DNA of 64,000 bases from Takakia lepidozioides (lineage: Eukaryota > Plantae > Bryophyta), in the NCBI GenBank assembly GCA_030704615.1, contig CM060733.1, forward strand, positions 21,204,001-21,268,000. Reading direction: 5' to 3'. Under the pieces are notes generated by a model that was given only the letters and a program-made list of their open reading frames with translations, had not been told where the DNA came from and did not search any database. This document shows, in pieces, positions 13,561-27,645 of the stretch (positions are counted from its first letter, which is position 1; the number at the start of each line of letters is the position of its first letter). A program made the position numbers and the translations under genes.

Positions 13561-15695
13561 GTCACAACCTGTATGTTGTAACTCCTCTTGGTATAAAATG
13601 TGCTTAGTCAAATGTCGAGACCAAGTGCGAGTTACACTCAGTGGGGTTACACCCCCTCCTGTGTGACCCAGTGTCACCCCGACTGGACTTACACTCCCAT
13701 CATTTCCATGTCACGCTCTAGAGGGGGTGGGGAAGATTTGACGCGCTAAAACGGTCGTACCATCTCTGACAGATTTAGCACGTGTGAATTGAGTTCCTGC
13801 ATTATTCCTAGTGTTTCCCCGGTTTAATTTTTTAAACCTTATCATGTAATATTAAACTTGATATAATTAGGCATGTATCCCTACCTTAAATGCTTTCTAC
13901 CCTAAAACGAAGAAACGAGGGTAGGCTCCAGCTTGCTTCTGTCAGGCCTCGTTGGCGCTTCGAAGCTGCGAGCAACGGAGACCTGTAAGTAACGTGGAGG
14001 GAAAGGAATGAGTAGATTGGGGAAGAGAAATCTGTGCCAGACATGACTTACTATTATAAGCCGAATGACTTTGAGCAGAAGACTGAGGCGATGTTGCAGT
14101 CTTCCGGTTTACAGAACTGGACCGCAGCCCCCATTCCTCTGCTGAGAAATTAAAGCATGCGCAGACAGCAGATGCCAGAGAGACTAAAATTCCTAGAGAA
14201 AACTTGGCATAAAGAAGGGTGCCTTGAAAACCTGCCTTGCATGTAAAGCTATGACAAGCTCTGATCCACATGAGCACCCTTTGGCCAACCCCAACATACC
14301 TATATTATCATGAGACAAACTCGCGAGACAAAGTTCATTATACAGGTATGAGTAAATGAATGAATAGCCCTAGACCACAGCCAGACCTGAAAGTTGAATG
14401 AGACAAAGTGGCTGCCCAGGAGGGCAGACAGGAAGAACGCCTGAAAACTGCAGCCATCCTAAGGTATGATGCTCAAGATGAATACAAATCGTTCTTTGAG
14501 TCTTCCCTCTCCTATTCCTGTCAATCCATACAGAACATTCTGATATGGCGTGCTACCTGCAATTTCAAATTCTGGTGATTATGTGTAGGGGAAGGCCCAA
14601 TGCCGCCCGAGGCTGGCAGCCCGAAAATCTTGGAATGCCCGCGGGCAGGGGCCTGAACGGCTCAGAATTTTCGTCCAATCTGCAGAATGTTCCTCCAATT
14701 TGAGCGGGAGTATTTCGAGGCATATTCCCGTCAGGGAGGGACCTTCAATCATATATGGCACACATTGGCATTTTACATCACCTAAACTCTTGCTTAGTGG
14801 TCGCCCCACATAGCCAGTAAGCTAATGTGCAGTGAAACCATTTTTCCACCTGATAAGAGGATCCAATGCATACTCTTCTTTTTTTTCTTTTTTTTTTCTT
14901 CTTATTCACAAGTTACAAGTTGTGGGTATTTTAGTGTAGTCACCGCCTCGTGCCGGGCCCCCCATTTCAGGCCGGGTTTAGACTGCGCCAAAACAAGCGG
15001 CTAAAATGCGATGGTGGTCAATGATTGGACGATTTCAGGTTTTGGCCCATGGATAGTTTAGACATGGCCTGTCAATGAAAAACTCCCAATCTAGGTGGCA
15101 CTGCTGGATGCATATGTGGCACTTTTGAGAGGCCAAAAGTGAGAATAAGCTTTTAGCTCATCCGAAGAATGGTCGAGCGGCCAAAAGGTTTCGCCGATGT
15201 TTTGCCAAGTGGTTACGTTTCCTGCGATGGAGATGGAGTGCAAGTCGTGGAGTCCGCGATGGAGGCCGTCCGATTGTTGGCCGTCCGTGTTTTAGGCTGT
15301 TGACACTTTACACACGTTTCGTCACATCACCCCAACGAGCGCATGCGATGAGCGGCCAAAACAATTATATCATGCCCCCTCCGAGGGCCTCACCCTGGAA
15401 CCTTACCCCACGTAAGGTGCCATCCTCACCTGGGAGGGAAATCCCTCCGCGTAAGGCGCCATCCTCTCTAACTAAAAAATCCTGGCCGGGTCTTTACTAT
15501 TATAGGACTTCCTTCAGGCTGTGTATCTGGCCACTATACTTTGAAAGGTGGGGTCACCCTCCAAACCTCAAGAGTGGTAAAGACTAAAGACAATCTTACC
15601 AGTAGTTCTAAATTTTTTTGCCTTCCAGATGGTGCGAGAAATGGGAAATACTTTTAAAAAACATCCTAATGATTAAATTAGATTAAAAACCAACA

Positions 15696-15928
15696 GTCAG
15701 TAGCTCAGTTGGTAAGTGCACTGAGTGCCACCAATATGAGTCTGGGTCAAATCCTGCTATTTGACGGGTGTAGTATGTTCTTCTCCCCCTTCCTTGGGCA
15801 GTGTCCCATCAGAAAGCCTCATGGCGAGGTTCCTGTGAAAGAGGTTATTTTCTCCTCCCACTATCAAGGGGCCTGATTTGTGAGTTGTCGCTCCCAGCTG
15901 TTTCCTTTAAATAAATAAATAAAAATTA
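15696..15928 (+). mobile_element. tRNA-derived SINE (most complete copy)
   Basis: Pol III A box TAGCTCAGTTGG, B-box-like GGTCAAATCC, non-tRNA body shared with other copies, (TAAA)n tail. Confidence 0.7.
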
Positions 15929-16950
15929 AAGAAATGGGCATTGGCACTCACTTTGCAGTAGACATGAAGCTCTCTTGGATGACCACACTCATGGTGGCAC
16001 GGGCATGCTCAATCTCATTCCGTCTCACAATTGTGTACTTTTTTCCCTCTTTGCTGGAAATAATAGGATATTCCATGTTCCTGGCAGCTAGTAAGTGTAT
16101 GTCTTCTCTTTGGACGTGTTGAACAGTGGTTGCTTTTGTGATGCTTGGTGAGGCCCCACTTGCTTGTTTCTATCGTAACTTTTTCTTCTGTCCCATTAGT
16201 TCTTTGAGTTTTCTGTGCATTTTATAAAGGTTCTTTCTTTCTCTGAGCTTTCCGCTGACGTTATAAAGTACCATTTCATTTCATTTCTATGGCTGTGAGT
16301 CCTGGCCCCCAGGGTCCCTGTTTCCTGGTGGAAAGAAGTCTGGAACCCCTACAAACATCATTCCTTCCAGCCGGTGGATTGGGGCTAGATCTATAACACC
16401 ATCCCAGATTGAAATGCACTGAATTTGCTTGCATACCACTCAAATCAAAGCCATGTTGAGATAAACAGTCTCCTTGAGAAGGTTGCGACTGCTTTCCCCC
16501 AAGTGGTTGGCAGTTAATACCCTCACAACATCTGTGAGACTCAAAAAGCAAATGATTTACAAATTTGTTTGTATGCTCGGTTCTCCAATTCTTTTTGAAC
16601 CACACGGCTTGTCCGTTCCCTACTACCACTAAATCCAAAAGGCTTGCAATTTCTTCCAAACATGACCACAACAAGCCTATGATGAAACTTCACTGTGGCT
16701 CTATGTCCAGCTCTTCTATGGGCATAGCCTGGAAGGTTCAAGGTGGGCTCGAGATGGCCTGTCGGTAGGGACCGGTAGATCAGAAAACCTGGAGCGCATC
16801 TCACTGCTTGCACTAGGGATGACAGAGGCAAGATCAAGACTGAAGAACACTTTTTCTTTCAGTGATCCTACTATGTGAACCCGTATTTTCCCCTTCGTTA
16901 AGCATTTGTTTCATCAGGACCGAAATCCGGTTGTTTATCCGTTGCTCATC

Positions 16951-17020
16951 ATTTTATTTTTTTATTTTTTTAAAGGGAAACACCTGTGAGCGACAGCTCA
17001 CAAATCAGGCCCCTTGATAT
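16951..17020 (-). mobile_element. SINE 3' end fragment
   Basis: T-rich tail, then GAGCGACAGCTCACAAATCAGGCCCCTTGATA, near-exact reverse complement of 15862-15893. Confidence 0.6.
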
Positions 17021-17744
17021 CATCTGGGTGGCACTCAGTTTACTAACCAACTTAAGTGCTGACTGTTGGCCATCCTTTAGTTTCTCAACATTTAGCTTTA
17101 TTATCTTGATAAAAAATGATTGTCTTGATAAAAATACCTCAATACAGCAGCGACCTGGCTCCTTTCTAACCCCTTTGACCATTTGTTTATGGGCAATTGG
17201 TGTAGATTTCATCATGTGTGCTTTAGAGGAATGTTAGCAGAATGGTTGTTCTTTTTCCTATGTCTGCATCCAACCATTCAACGAGTCTCAGCTGTGGCCA
17301 GTATCGTGTAGACAGTATTTGATGCATAAAGTCCATGCTTGGATTTAATTAAACTAGATTCCAACAAAGGTTGGATTCCAAGAATACATTCATCTACTTC
17401 ATCCTTCATGGTTCTATTTTCACGGTTATTTTTTCGTTGTATTTTCCCTATTACATAATAAATTTTTGGGCGACTGTCCTTTCTTTCTAAAACTTCCACC
17501 TTTCATTAAGATACTTTTCGATCCTTCTTTATTGATGGTCACTATGGGTAAATTAATTAACGATTTTGACATACTGATGAGAATGTTTAAATATACCTTA
17601 CCTCACTAAACCCACCAATGGTTTGTCTATTCACTCCTCTTTCTCTAAGTACCGTAGAATAAAAATTATAATTAATCCTAGAGAAATAATTAATCGGTCC
17701 AAAGTTCATTCACAGGGAAAGCACACAATTGAATTGTACATAGG

Positions 17745-20256
17745 CTATGTCGCGATTAGAACAGGAGTGGTTGCAAAAGGAGATTCTCTCGGTGTTAGAA
17801 ATGAGCTTGAGAAGCAGGGTCGCATGTGTCATCTATGGGCCGAACAAAATGGTGTGGACCCAAAGGGTGTTGTATGGTGGAAGTATAGGCGCTCACCTTG
17901 ACAATGGACAAAGGAGGAATACAAGAAAGTGATAACCTCCATAACTGCTGTCCCAACACCAACTGGTTATGGGTCATTCATCCGTACGAAGTTCAGCGAA
18001 GAAGACGTGGTCCATGGTTTGAAGTTTCATGACTACCACAGTCTATTGCAAGACATCTTGCCCATTGCAGTATGTGGGACATTGACTCCCGAGGTTCGTG
18101 AAACAATCTATAGATTTGGAGGCTTGTTTCGGTGGATTTGCTCCAAAGAGTTGGAGGAAGCGAATTTTTCACGCATGAAGAAGGAGGCGGCGGAGATAAT
18201 GTGTATGTTGGAGATTTACCTTCATCCCTCCTTCTTTGACATCCAAGTGCACTTGGTAGTGCACTTAGTGGAAGAGACTTCGATTGTCGGCCCCGTTCAT
18301 TTTCGGTGGATGTACTTCCTTGAGCGTTATATGAAGACTTTGAAAGGATTTGTAATACAAATGGCGCACCCGGAGGGTAGCATGGCGGAGGGGTATACGT
18401 TGCAAGAAGTTATGTTCTATTGCACGGGGTACATGGCAAGGGTGGATGAGGAAGATATGGAAGGAAGAGAAGGATGCACGAACCAAGCACATCGTTTTGC
18501 CCAAAAAATCGAAGAGGGTAAAATTGCCGATCTTGGTGATTGAGCAAGTGCATGACTTCATACTGAAAAACACCCCATCCATACATGAGTGGGAGGCAAG
18601 ATACAATAACTTTGTTCAACAACGAGAGGAGGAGACGCTTGCATGGAGGCGGAACCATCCAAGGCCGGTTACTAGACGCCCACGACGAAGAGCGGGCCGC
18701 CGGAATGTTCATTTACAAATTTTGCCCATGGAATTACAGCCTCTAAGTTCATTCCAACAGTGGCTTCGGACTTCAGTTTATGACGTCGTTGCTCAAGGAG
18801 ATGTGGTTTCAGATTTGGTGCAAGACATTGCAAGGGGCCCCTCTCAATTCGCGACCTTATACACAGCGGTTTGGGTTCACGGTCGTCATTTCCGCATTCG
18901 TACTCTTGACATGAAGCGCAAAACAACCTTTGATTCTGGCTTGTGTGCCACATATTGGCAAGACTCCGTGTTGGGCAAGGGAGATACACGACCTGCTATG
19001 AGCAAACTTGAGTACATTGGAGAGTTTGAGAGCATACTCCAACTTCAGTATACAAGGTACCGGCCTCTCTTTCTTCAAGTGAAGGTGGTTCCAGCCACAT
19101 CTTGTGGGGCCCTCCGCAACACTAGTGCAAGATGATTGTGGTTTCATGCGCGTCAATGCAGATAGGCTCAACCCTACTCATCGTCCCTCCGATGAGCCTT
19201 TTTTACGGCCTTCAGACATGGAGCAAGTTTTCTTCTCCGATGACAAAAACAAGGGGGGGGAATTGAAAGGTGGTTGTGCATGCTTAGCCAGAGGAAGACG
19301 TATTTATCATGGTCTCTGATCTCCATGGGGTAAGGCAATTGCGGTGGATGGAGAGACTGGTCATAATGATGCTGATGATGGAGGTTGGGTAGAGGGGGTA
19401 GAAGAGGATGATGATGCCCCGAAGAATGCATCCCAAACCCTATATGATGAAGCTCCAGAAGATAGAGATGTTGAAGAAGAAGATGAAGACACGGCCATTG
19501 ACAACGAGGTGGAGGATGATTTGGAGGTGCCTTTTGAGGGCCGGACCATTTATGACGACAACTCCGATGACCAAAAAGACTTGCAGCTTGATAAGGATGA
19601 AGAAGCTCCGGATGATGATGTTCAAGTTGATTAGACACAAAATCAAAGCTACATAATAATTCTCGTACCGAATTGTACCCATCCCTTCGATTGATTGTAC
19701 ATATACATGTACATGCATATTGTAGCTTATTTCTATGATTGATCAAATATGGTTGTGGTTGGTAGTCTTTCAAGAAAGAATGCAAAGGCAATGAATATGT
19801 TGGAGCAACACATACAGATGTAGTATCAAGAGAATTATCAAAATGAATGTCACAATCTACAAGAAGGTCCACAACAACAAACTAAACCATAAAGAAAACC
19901 AAACACCCTACCCCAGTACCATATGATTATAAAACATAATAATAATAATAATAATAATAATAAACCTAAGAACCCCCAAAGGCTCGAAACCTAAACCTAG
20001 AAAGGCTTGTCGTAGCTGCATGTGACCCCCACGTGTTGCAAACTACGACGCGTTTTTAGGATATATGCGGCCGGGGTCGCAAGCGGCGACGGCACGCCGT
20101 CGCATGACACGACCTGTTTTTTTTGTTTTGAAAGAATTGGGCAACCCCTGTTTTGCGACGTCCGGCCATTTGTCATTCATGCCACCATGCGACGGCCTGG
20201 CGTCGCTAACAAGGGTTGCGATGAAAGAAAGGGCAAGAAAGGGCTGTCTTTTTTTC
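17745..20256 (+). mobile_element. CACTA (En/Spm) remnant: frameshifted C-terminal transposase (DUF4218/DUF4216-like), acidic tail, subterminal repeats
   Basis: GLKFHDYH.LLQ.ILP; PSFFDIQVHLVVHL..E...GPVHFRWMY.LERYMKTLKG.V...HPEGSMAEGY; HGRHFR; DEPF.RPSDMEQVFF. GCGACG/GTCGC repeats at 20040-20230. 5' part absent. Confidence 0.85.
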
Positions 20257-20668
20257 CGCTGGCGAGACCGGTCCTGCTCAAAACCTCCATCCCCATCACT
20301 TGGCCAATCACCACCAGCATGATCAGCCTTTTCCTCTTCTTCTTCCGCTGATCCACATGCACCACCAAAGATAGGGCCTTATTCTCATTTGACTTAAGCA
20401 GGGCAACGGTCGTAATGTACCCAACATGGAAGTTGCAAACAGCCTGCAGGAAGGTGAAAACCACAAAGAACTTCACCTTCTTCGTCCGTTACCCGAAACC
20501 TGATGCGCCTGCCTTTAACATACCGATACTCCCACCTTGTTGGAGCATATCTTTACGGAGTTGTGGCAGGACAAGTGTTGATTGCTCTCTGAATGCAGCA
20601 ACTTTGAATGTCACGTTCACTGAGCTAAAAACAAGACAAGTGTAAGCATAGGCACGACAAGATGGCAC

Positions 20669-21339
20669 TTGGATCACTCGTCTCCATTGCTTCTCTTCTT
20701 GCAAAACCGTAAAAGCTTTTTTTACAGCCACCAGTGGGAACTCCAGCTCCCATGCACTCCAAGCATCAAGTGCACCATACACTTCCTCCTTCATATTTGA
20801 CAGTGTTGCTATCTGGCCCAGAACCCAAACATCAGAGAGACAAAATTGGTATGGTATCCTCTACCCTACAAACCATTTGGAGCTAGTTGGTAGTGCAAAT
20901 GTTTCCTAGAAAATATGGCATCTCTTAGGAGCACACCACACTATAATTACACTGTCTAACCATCCACTCAAGATACTTGCAACAGAGGGATACTCAGTTG
21001 AGGAGAACTTCAAGCTACTTGCCAGGTTTAGCAGCTTCTAAGACTTGACCACGGTGCCCCTCCTTTGCTTGGTATTCCATTGGCGCGGTCTCCATTGGCA
21101 TGGTCCTCCTGCAAAGCACACCTGCTTTGCACCACCATCATAACATAATATAACATTCGTTACAAGTTTTCTCAGTATTCTCTTTTCCAAAAAACAACTC
21201 CTACTGTTAGATGTGTTGGAGCCTCTATGTGAGAATCACATCCAACATTCTTGTTCTTCACCGAGACATATGCAGTTATGCAAATTACCTTTGCTTCGAT
21301 TGCAAATAACTTAAAAAGAGGCCTCTGCCAATTACCAAC
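20669..21339 (-). pseudogene. At4g21190/At4g18975-like PPR protein pseudogene; exons ~21339-21289, 21108-21023, 20812-20669
   Basis: Spliced VICNRSKGGP..RPRQWNTKQRRGTVVKS*KLLNL|[47 protein letters not shown] is the diagnostic block of this family. Two in-frame stops; downstream KWMLSKGQG exon not found. Confidence 0.8.
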
Positions 21340-24300
21340 TCAGGGAAACAGTCTTAAGACCAACCAATTCTTCATGTTTCAGGCTTGAACTTATAATGTG
21401 TTCACACAACCTTGCATCACCAGGTATTCAAATAAAAATGGGTCTCTAGGTTGAGGAAAGAAAGGACAAGTGAGGGGCACACTCGCGAGGAACCCTGCGT
21501 GCGATACTCAATCACACCTAGTTAAAGCCGGCCTTGGATTTGGTCTCGCTCATATATAGCCCTCTTCTCTATCCTGCTCATACAAATCCATAATAGGTAG
21601 TTGCAGCGAAGAGTGGACCAGAAAATTGAAGATGTGGCCTACATAAAAGTCCATAAGATAAAAAATTAAAAATCGTGAAAATTAGCCAAACAATGGATTC
21701 ACTTGCACTATATCATATGGAATGTCTATTGTTGGGACACTGTCATTTCAAATGGGAAAAAGAAAGATGTTATGGAGGATATATGCCGCCATGTGCCGTC
21801 TGTGACGTAATCCAAACTTGACCATAATCACAAAAGTACATGTTTTTGAAAATTTGACCTTGCCCCATCCTTCATCTACAACAAATGGTTGTATTTAATG
21901 AAGAGAGTTCATGGGGTATTTTGGTTTTCATATTGTAAAGGACTTTATGAAAATGGGTGTTATTGGTAGATTGATAAAGTACATAAATGTTTTGTCTAAT
22001 GAGTAAAAATATTTAAAACCTCTCACACTAGATCTATTATCATAAGATCAAGGGATGGCAAAGTTCATTTTTCCAATTAAATTCCATAAATACTACAAAA
22101 TCTAGCAAATAATAAGTCCATAACAAGTTTTTTATGGACTGTAAAGGCTTGATTTTGAAAAGGCTTTTGACCACAAGCTCAACTTTCTAGGAACTAGCTC
22201 CCTCAAGCTCAAAACTAACTACACAAGCAATAGGCCAAAACAAGGATATGAGACTGGATTGAAGAACAAGAGGAGCCTGCTCTTCTTTTATTGTGTTTTT
22301 GGGGCCTCTTAAACTAATGAAGGATAGTCTTAAACTATGATTTCCTACATGAATCTATAGTTTAAAAACGATAAAACACCATAAAATAACAACCATGGAT
22401 GGAAAACCTTGGTGTTAATGATAAATCTGGTTTTTCATCCATCCAATGGATGACCAGTTGGCGCTAGGTTGTATTTTCATCCCTCCAGCTTGCAAGTCGA
22501 ATTTCCAGATTTCATCCATTGGATGAACTAGAATTCCATTTAATCGCCTTTCGCAACTGCCTCCGACGTGATAATTTGATGCCGTCTCTCATCACCTCCA
22601 AAAAATCCTCAAACTTGGTGACAAATTATAATTAGATGGCCCGTAGCTGCCCACAAAATCTCAAAGGAATCAGGGAAGAAAAACCACACATTTGGTTGGT
22701 TTCCATGGTTTCGCCATATAGGCAGTTTGCCGCTTCCTGGCAGTAAAAATACTGGTGGTGCCCCCAGGGGGGTCTTTGGCCCTGCCACTGGGTCACAGAT
22801 CATCTGGAGTTTCCTCCTACATACTTTGCATCGCTGAGGAGTTCAAAACTTCGCCGGGAAGCTCCTTCACTCGTCGTTTGCTCCGATGCAGCACTTGCTT
22901 TGTCGCGATATTTTATCGCTGTACAGATTGTTTCCTCCAATTGCCAAGACTCCTCGCCGCATGCTCCTACTGGACTTGAAAAGCGGGAGAATAGAGAGAT
23001 CGCAATCCCGGACTGGAACAGTCGCCATATATTGTTTCAAACATGTGCATGTTGTCGTTACTAATACCAAATTGACAGCCTAACTCGCTGTCGATGCAGC
23101 TTCCTACGGTCATTTTGACGCCAGAGCTCCTCCATGGTCGTCTCAGACATAATCTAAATTCTTATGTGCTTTACTAGCGATTTCCAGATAACTCACAAAC
23201 TGCCCTGCTTTGGCAGTACAATGCCTAAACTGTCTGCCATAAGATAAAAAAACGATCTGAAAAGAAATATGTACCAATATATGTATCTACAACGGGAGCA
23301 GGTTTTTCAATGCCAGGGTTTTGAAACCTGACATGTATTACATGTTATATTGGCGGGAAATCCCATTCGTTCGCTTCATGTAAAGAATCATGCAAACAAT
23401 ATTCTTTGTCTGCAGATCCCACCATTGAGAGACTCCGTCCTTTCAGTTCATTGCATTTTTTGCTATCTGAGACGTTCTCCTCCTCATTGCATTCTGTGCT
23501 GTCTGAGACGTAGAATGAGCGTACGCAACTCCTCGCAACATGTAACTTGCAGTACGATCTGTCATGCATGAATGCGCATGAGAAGGATGAAAGGACACAC
23601 AACGTATACATGTAAAAGGGCAGCATGTACAAACCGTCATTGAGATGTCGAACGATGCATCCGTCGGTGACTCCATGAGAAATTCAGGTTGAAGAAGCAG
23701 TATCTTGCCTCATGATGGGGCTTCAGATTACATGGGGTGCATGTGTGCCATTTGGGTTCTTATGGCAGTGGGCGTCCCTCATAGTGATGCGTACTCTTAT
23801 CCTTGGTCATTCATACAGTGAACCCCTTATTGCATGGCACTTGAACATGAAGGAGAGGAGGAATTTAATCCTTGGGATTATGTGAATGAAAGACAATGTG
23901 CATTAGACATGGGGGTTGGAGAGACATGTGTCTTGGAATACGTTGTGCGAACCTTCAAGTGGTATGGTCCACAGACACTTGCACATCGGGTGAATATGCA
24001 CAGGCGGTGGGTTGCTTTTCTTGAGAGGAGCCATGCTGCATGGGAATTCATCATAAAACCCCAAGCACGCTGCGTGTATGCATGTATCACTACACAAATC
24101 CTAACGGCAGCCATCGGGGACCTTACGATACATTGATCCACCATTGTGCAACATATCGCGGGTGTTGGAGGGTGGAGCACAAAACTCTGGCATGTATTAT
24201 ATTTAATATCCTAACAGAAGATGACATTCGAGCGGTGTATCTGTTTTTACCGTCAATGGACTATGCATATGAGTACGACTGGCTTGTCAATGGGTAGTTC

Positions 24301-24758
24301 TTATATGCATGTTCACAGGGTGCATACAATGTGAACTTGTGTGAGTGAGAAGGCAATGCAAGAAAACAGTGTTGTGTTGTTTACTTCAGTTAAGAAGCAC
24401 ATGAAGAAATTTTCACAATGATGCACATCATTGTAGGCATGTCGGGATAGTTTGTAGAATGAAATTGAGCATTGCAATGACAAGACAAAACTTTTCATTT
24501 CAGTTTGTTGCGACAACTGTACCGAGTTCTGGTCCTAGGCTGCGAAAGGTGGGTAGCAAAGACAGCAGGTTGCACAGGGTCTTTAGGAAGTCTAACATAT
24601 GGTGGTCGTGCGTATGGGAGGCCATGTCCTCCTCCACCTCCAATTCTGCCATAACCAAATTGGGAATGTTCCCTCTCTTTTACAAAACAGCCTCAACGGG
24701 GAACCATTGCAGGTTCAGCTGCAAACAAGTTCCCACATTGAGAAACTGCACCGCAAAA

Positions 24759-25163
24759 CTATAGTAGGGGAAGCACGTTGAAAACAATGGCCATGGGCAC
24801 TTCAGCAAGCAAAACATCCGTATTATAGTATTGGAAGAGTGTGCTTACCGGGCCTGCGCCACCTGGTTTTGGGTTGACAAATGTTTCCTCCAAGTACATA
24901 TCAATGTAATGAGCAGTAAACATACCACACTCCCAGTTGGAGACTTGCTGGGCACAGGGGGGGGGGGTCACCCACCGCTTTGGGTGTGTGGCCTCTGTCC
25001 ACTTTGGGTTTGGAGGGTATAATCCTTGCAGTACAGCCCACACTCTTGCAAACAAAGGCTTCAACATCTTGTGTTTATGCAGGCTTTTAATGCTATTGAA
25101 GTGAAGGTAGCGCTCGTGTTCCAAATTAAGAACACTCCAGTGGTTGCTACACAAAACATTCAC
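24759..25163 (-). pseudogene. Ulp1/peptidase C48-like protease fragment (TE cargo)
   Basis: NHWSVL...HFNS and QQVSNWECGMF: the His and Gln-x5/6-Cys catalytic pattern of Ulp1-type proteases. Confidence 0.7.
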
Positions 25164-27189
25164 ACCTTCAGCTTAGTCTTCATCAGGATGTGCATGAAAT
25201 AGAACCCATATGCACGAAAGTGATAGGAACAGAGGCAGGTTAAATGGAGAAATTTCACTTAAATGTAACAATGACAACGAGCACTTCGACACCAATACAG
25301 TCAAGGGTAGGGAACCTTGTGTCCACCCAAGCCTGTATGGTGCTGACTCCGTTTCCAAATTTCTTGCAATGGGTGCGAAGACACATCCAGGCGAAGATGT
25401 CGAGCACAAGAATTTTATTGTACAACACAGTGCAAAATGCTCTCATCAGGGCCAGGCAGGGGCTGGCTGAAGCACGTTTTGCAAAAGCGGGTGGTAAGCG
25501 GGCGATGTTGGCAAGTGGGCTGTCATCCACCGACCGCATACACCACCCATCACAACAACAACCACACACCTTGTAGACATCCCCGCGAATGCAAATATCG
25601 CAACACTGGGCAATGCTGCTGAGCTTGCCACCAAATCCATGCCTCAGTCAGAAAATGAAGAACATGAGGTGCAGCAGGCGGTGGAAACAGGTCCTCTTTG
25701 TCCCAGGACTGCAGGCATGCCCTCAGAGGGCAATACTGATGACCTTGCATCCACAACTAATGGTGGGAAACCGATTGTGTGTCGGTCTGATGATGAGGCA
25801 TCACGACTTCTGAGCCACCTCCCCGAACACAGTGTGCCATTTGCTGAAGTCTGTGCCGACCTTCTTTGTCCGGAAACAGGTCCCCTGACTCAACTTGAAA
25901 TGGACTTGTCTTGTAGTCAGACATTCCCTGACTTTGGTGGACCGCCTCCCCCTATGGGGTCTTTCACTTCATCACATAACTTTGTGAGTCCTCCCCCCAT
26001 TTCCGTTCGAGATCCCACTGACGAGGGTGTAATTGTGCCTGCAGTAACCAATGTCGGGTCGTCCAGAACCCCTCATGGTGAACTACTTGAACAGTATGAT
26101 ACGTAGCACTTGCACATTATGGCCTTGCCCTCCCCCCTTTGTCGTTTCAAGATGATTTTGATGGTCTGAATACTCCGAACAGCACATATGCCACGACACG
26201 ATTTTGATGGTGATGTGCATGGGAGTGTGCACAAAGGACCTAAACGCTCTTGCTCTGTTACCTTTGCCAATCCCATTGCCACCCATACCACTCCCACCAG
26301 CTAGTGCAGACAATCCTCAGTTATGTCAACTTCCATCCACCGATAATCAAGTAGTTGCAACCCGTTGGAAAAAATCATTGTCCAGGTATGCATTTGCATT
26401 CGTTGCACATGCACATGTTTCTTTGGCCCATACAATGTAACTGTCATGCAGATTGTGCTGTTGTCATAATGCACTGTGTTCGTGGATGCGCATAATTCAT
26501 GAGGCGATGGAAAACGTGATGTGAGTTCAATGCCCGTGCACCCTTCTTTATCGTAAATCTTATGGTTTACCTTCAATCCTGTTTGAAACTGTAGTGTATG
26601 CTTACATTGTCCATGCAGCCACTTGACATGCTTTGTGGGGTCTGTTCACGATTTGCTGTGGTGCAGTGGTGAACAAGACTACGGACGTCTGGTTCTTCCA
26701 AGATTCGTTGTCCCCTCACATCCCTCTTAGACTAGAAGATACAGATGATGTGGTGGATGCCGTGTGATGGACTTTTGGGTGTGTTGCAAAAAATTGTCCC
26801 TTCCACATAATGTGCTTGCAACACCGAGGATTCACCATAGTCGAAGCTGTCTGCACACATCCAAAGCAGATGTTGCACATGAGCCCGGGTTGGGGGGTGC
26901 TATTCCGTGAGCCCGGAGGCGTGAGCCTGTGAGCCTAGGAGCCCGTGAGCCCGGAGGCGTGAGCCTGTGAGCCTAGGAGCCCGTGAGCCTAGCACAGGCT
27001 CACGCCACGTCAGCATGCATACATGGCCTATTTCCGCGGGTGTCACCTATTACCGCGAGTTGATCAGCCATTTTCAGGGAATGCAGACTGGATGTGTTAC
27101 ATCCATTATATCCATCCTTTCTATCCATTGCATCTATTTAGACGTTATTAACATACCAAGCCCTTGCATTGGAATGTGGCTACGTCGTG

Positions 27190-27320
27190 AGCAGGTGCAC
27201 ACTCACATCATCCAAAGCGGATCCCTGCGAAATGTTTTCTTACTTACCACCCTTGCCAACATGTATGGTATGTGCGGGAGCATCATGGATGCTCAACAGA
27301 AGAATGCCTGAACGATCTTT
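27190..27320 (+). pseudogene. Captured PLS-class PPR fragment
   Basis: EQVHTHIIQSG...NVFLLTTLANMYGMCGSIMDA is a PLS-type PPR L/S repeat junction; it lies inside the element. Confidence 0.65.
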
Positions 27321-27645
27321 GATCACGTGGACTTTAACGTGGTAGATTTACCAAGCATTCTTCTGGCTGGAATGGTTGGGAGACCAACGAGCAAATGATG
27401 CGAGAAATGCACTGCCCAAACCAAAGACGTTTCTTTGTTTTTGCAATGCACACAAGACTGTGAGCTCCGGAAAACACTAAAGAGATTGAAGGAACAATAT
27501 GGGCAGTCCATGCAACCCCCATCTCCAACGATAGTTTGTTCCCAGGAATTTGCATCCCACGCACACATTGCAAACAAGACAACAATGATACACCACCATC
27601 CCATCTCAAAATTGGCCCCGAATAAAAGTAAAAAAAAACTTGATA

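Noticed and set aside
14940-15500. GC-rich repeat-like segment, possible Helitron or MITE
   Set aside because: No TIR pair, TSD or convincing terminal hairpin plus CTRR found.
15696-15770. tRNA gene
   Set aside because: A/B boxes are present but no convincing cloverleaf; the sequence continues into a repeated body and A-rich tail, so it is a SINE head.
15945-16840. Exon-like minus-strand segments
   Set aside because: Splice-like signals exist, but there is no recognisable family and stops interrupt the frames.
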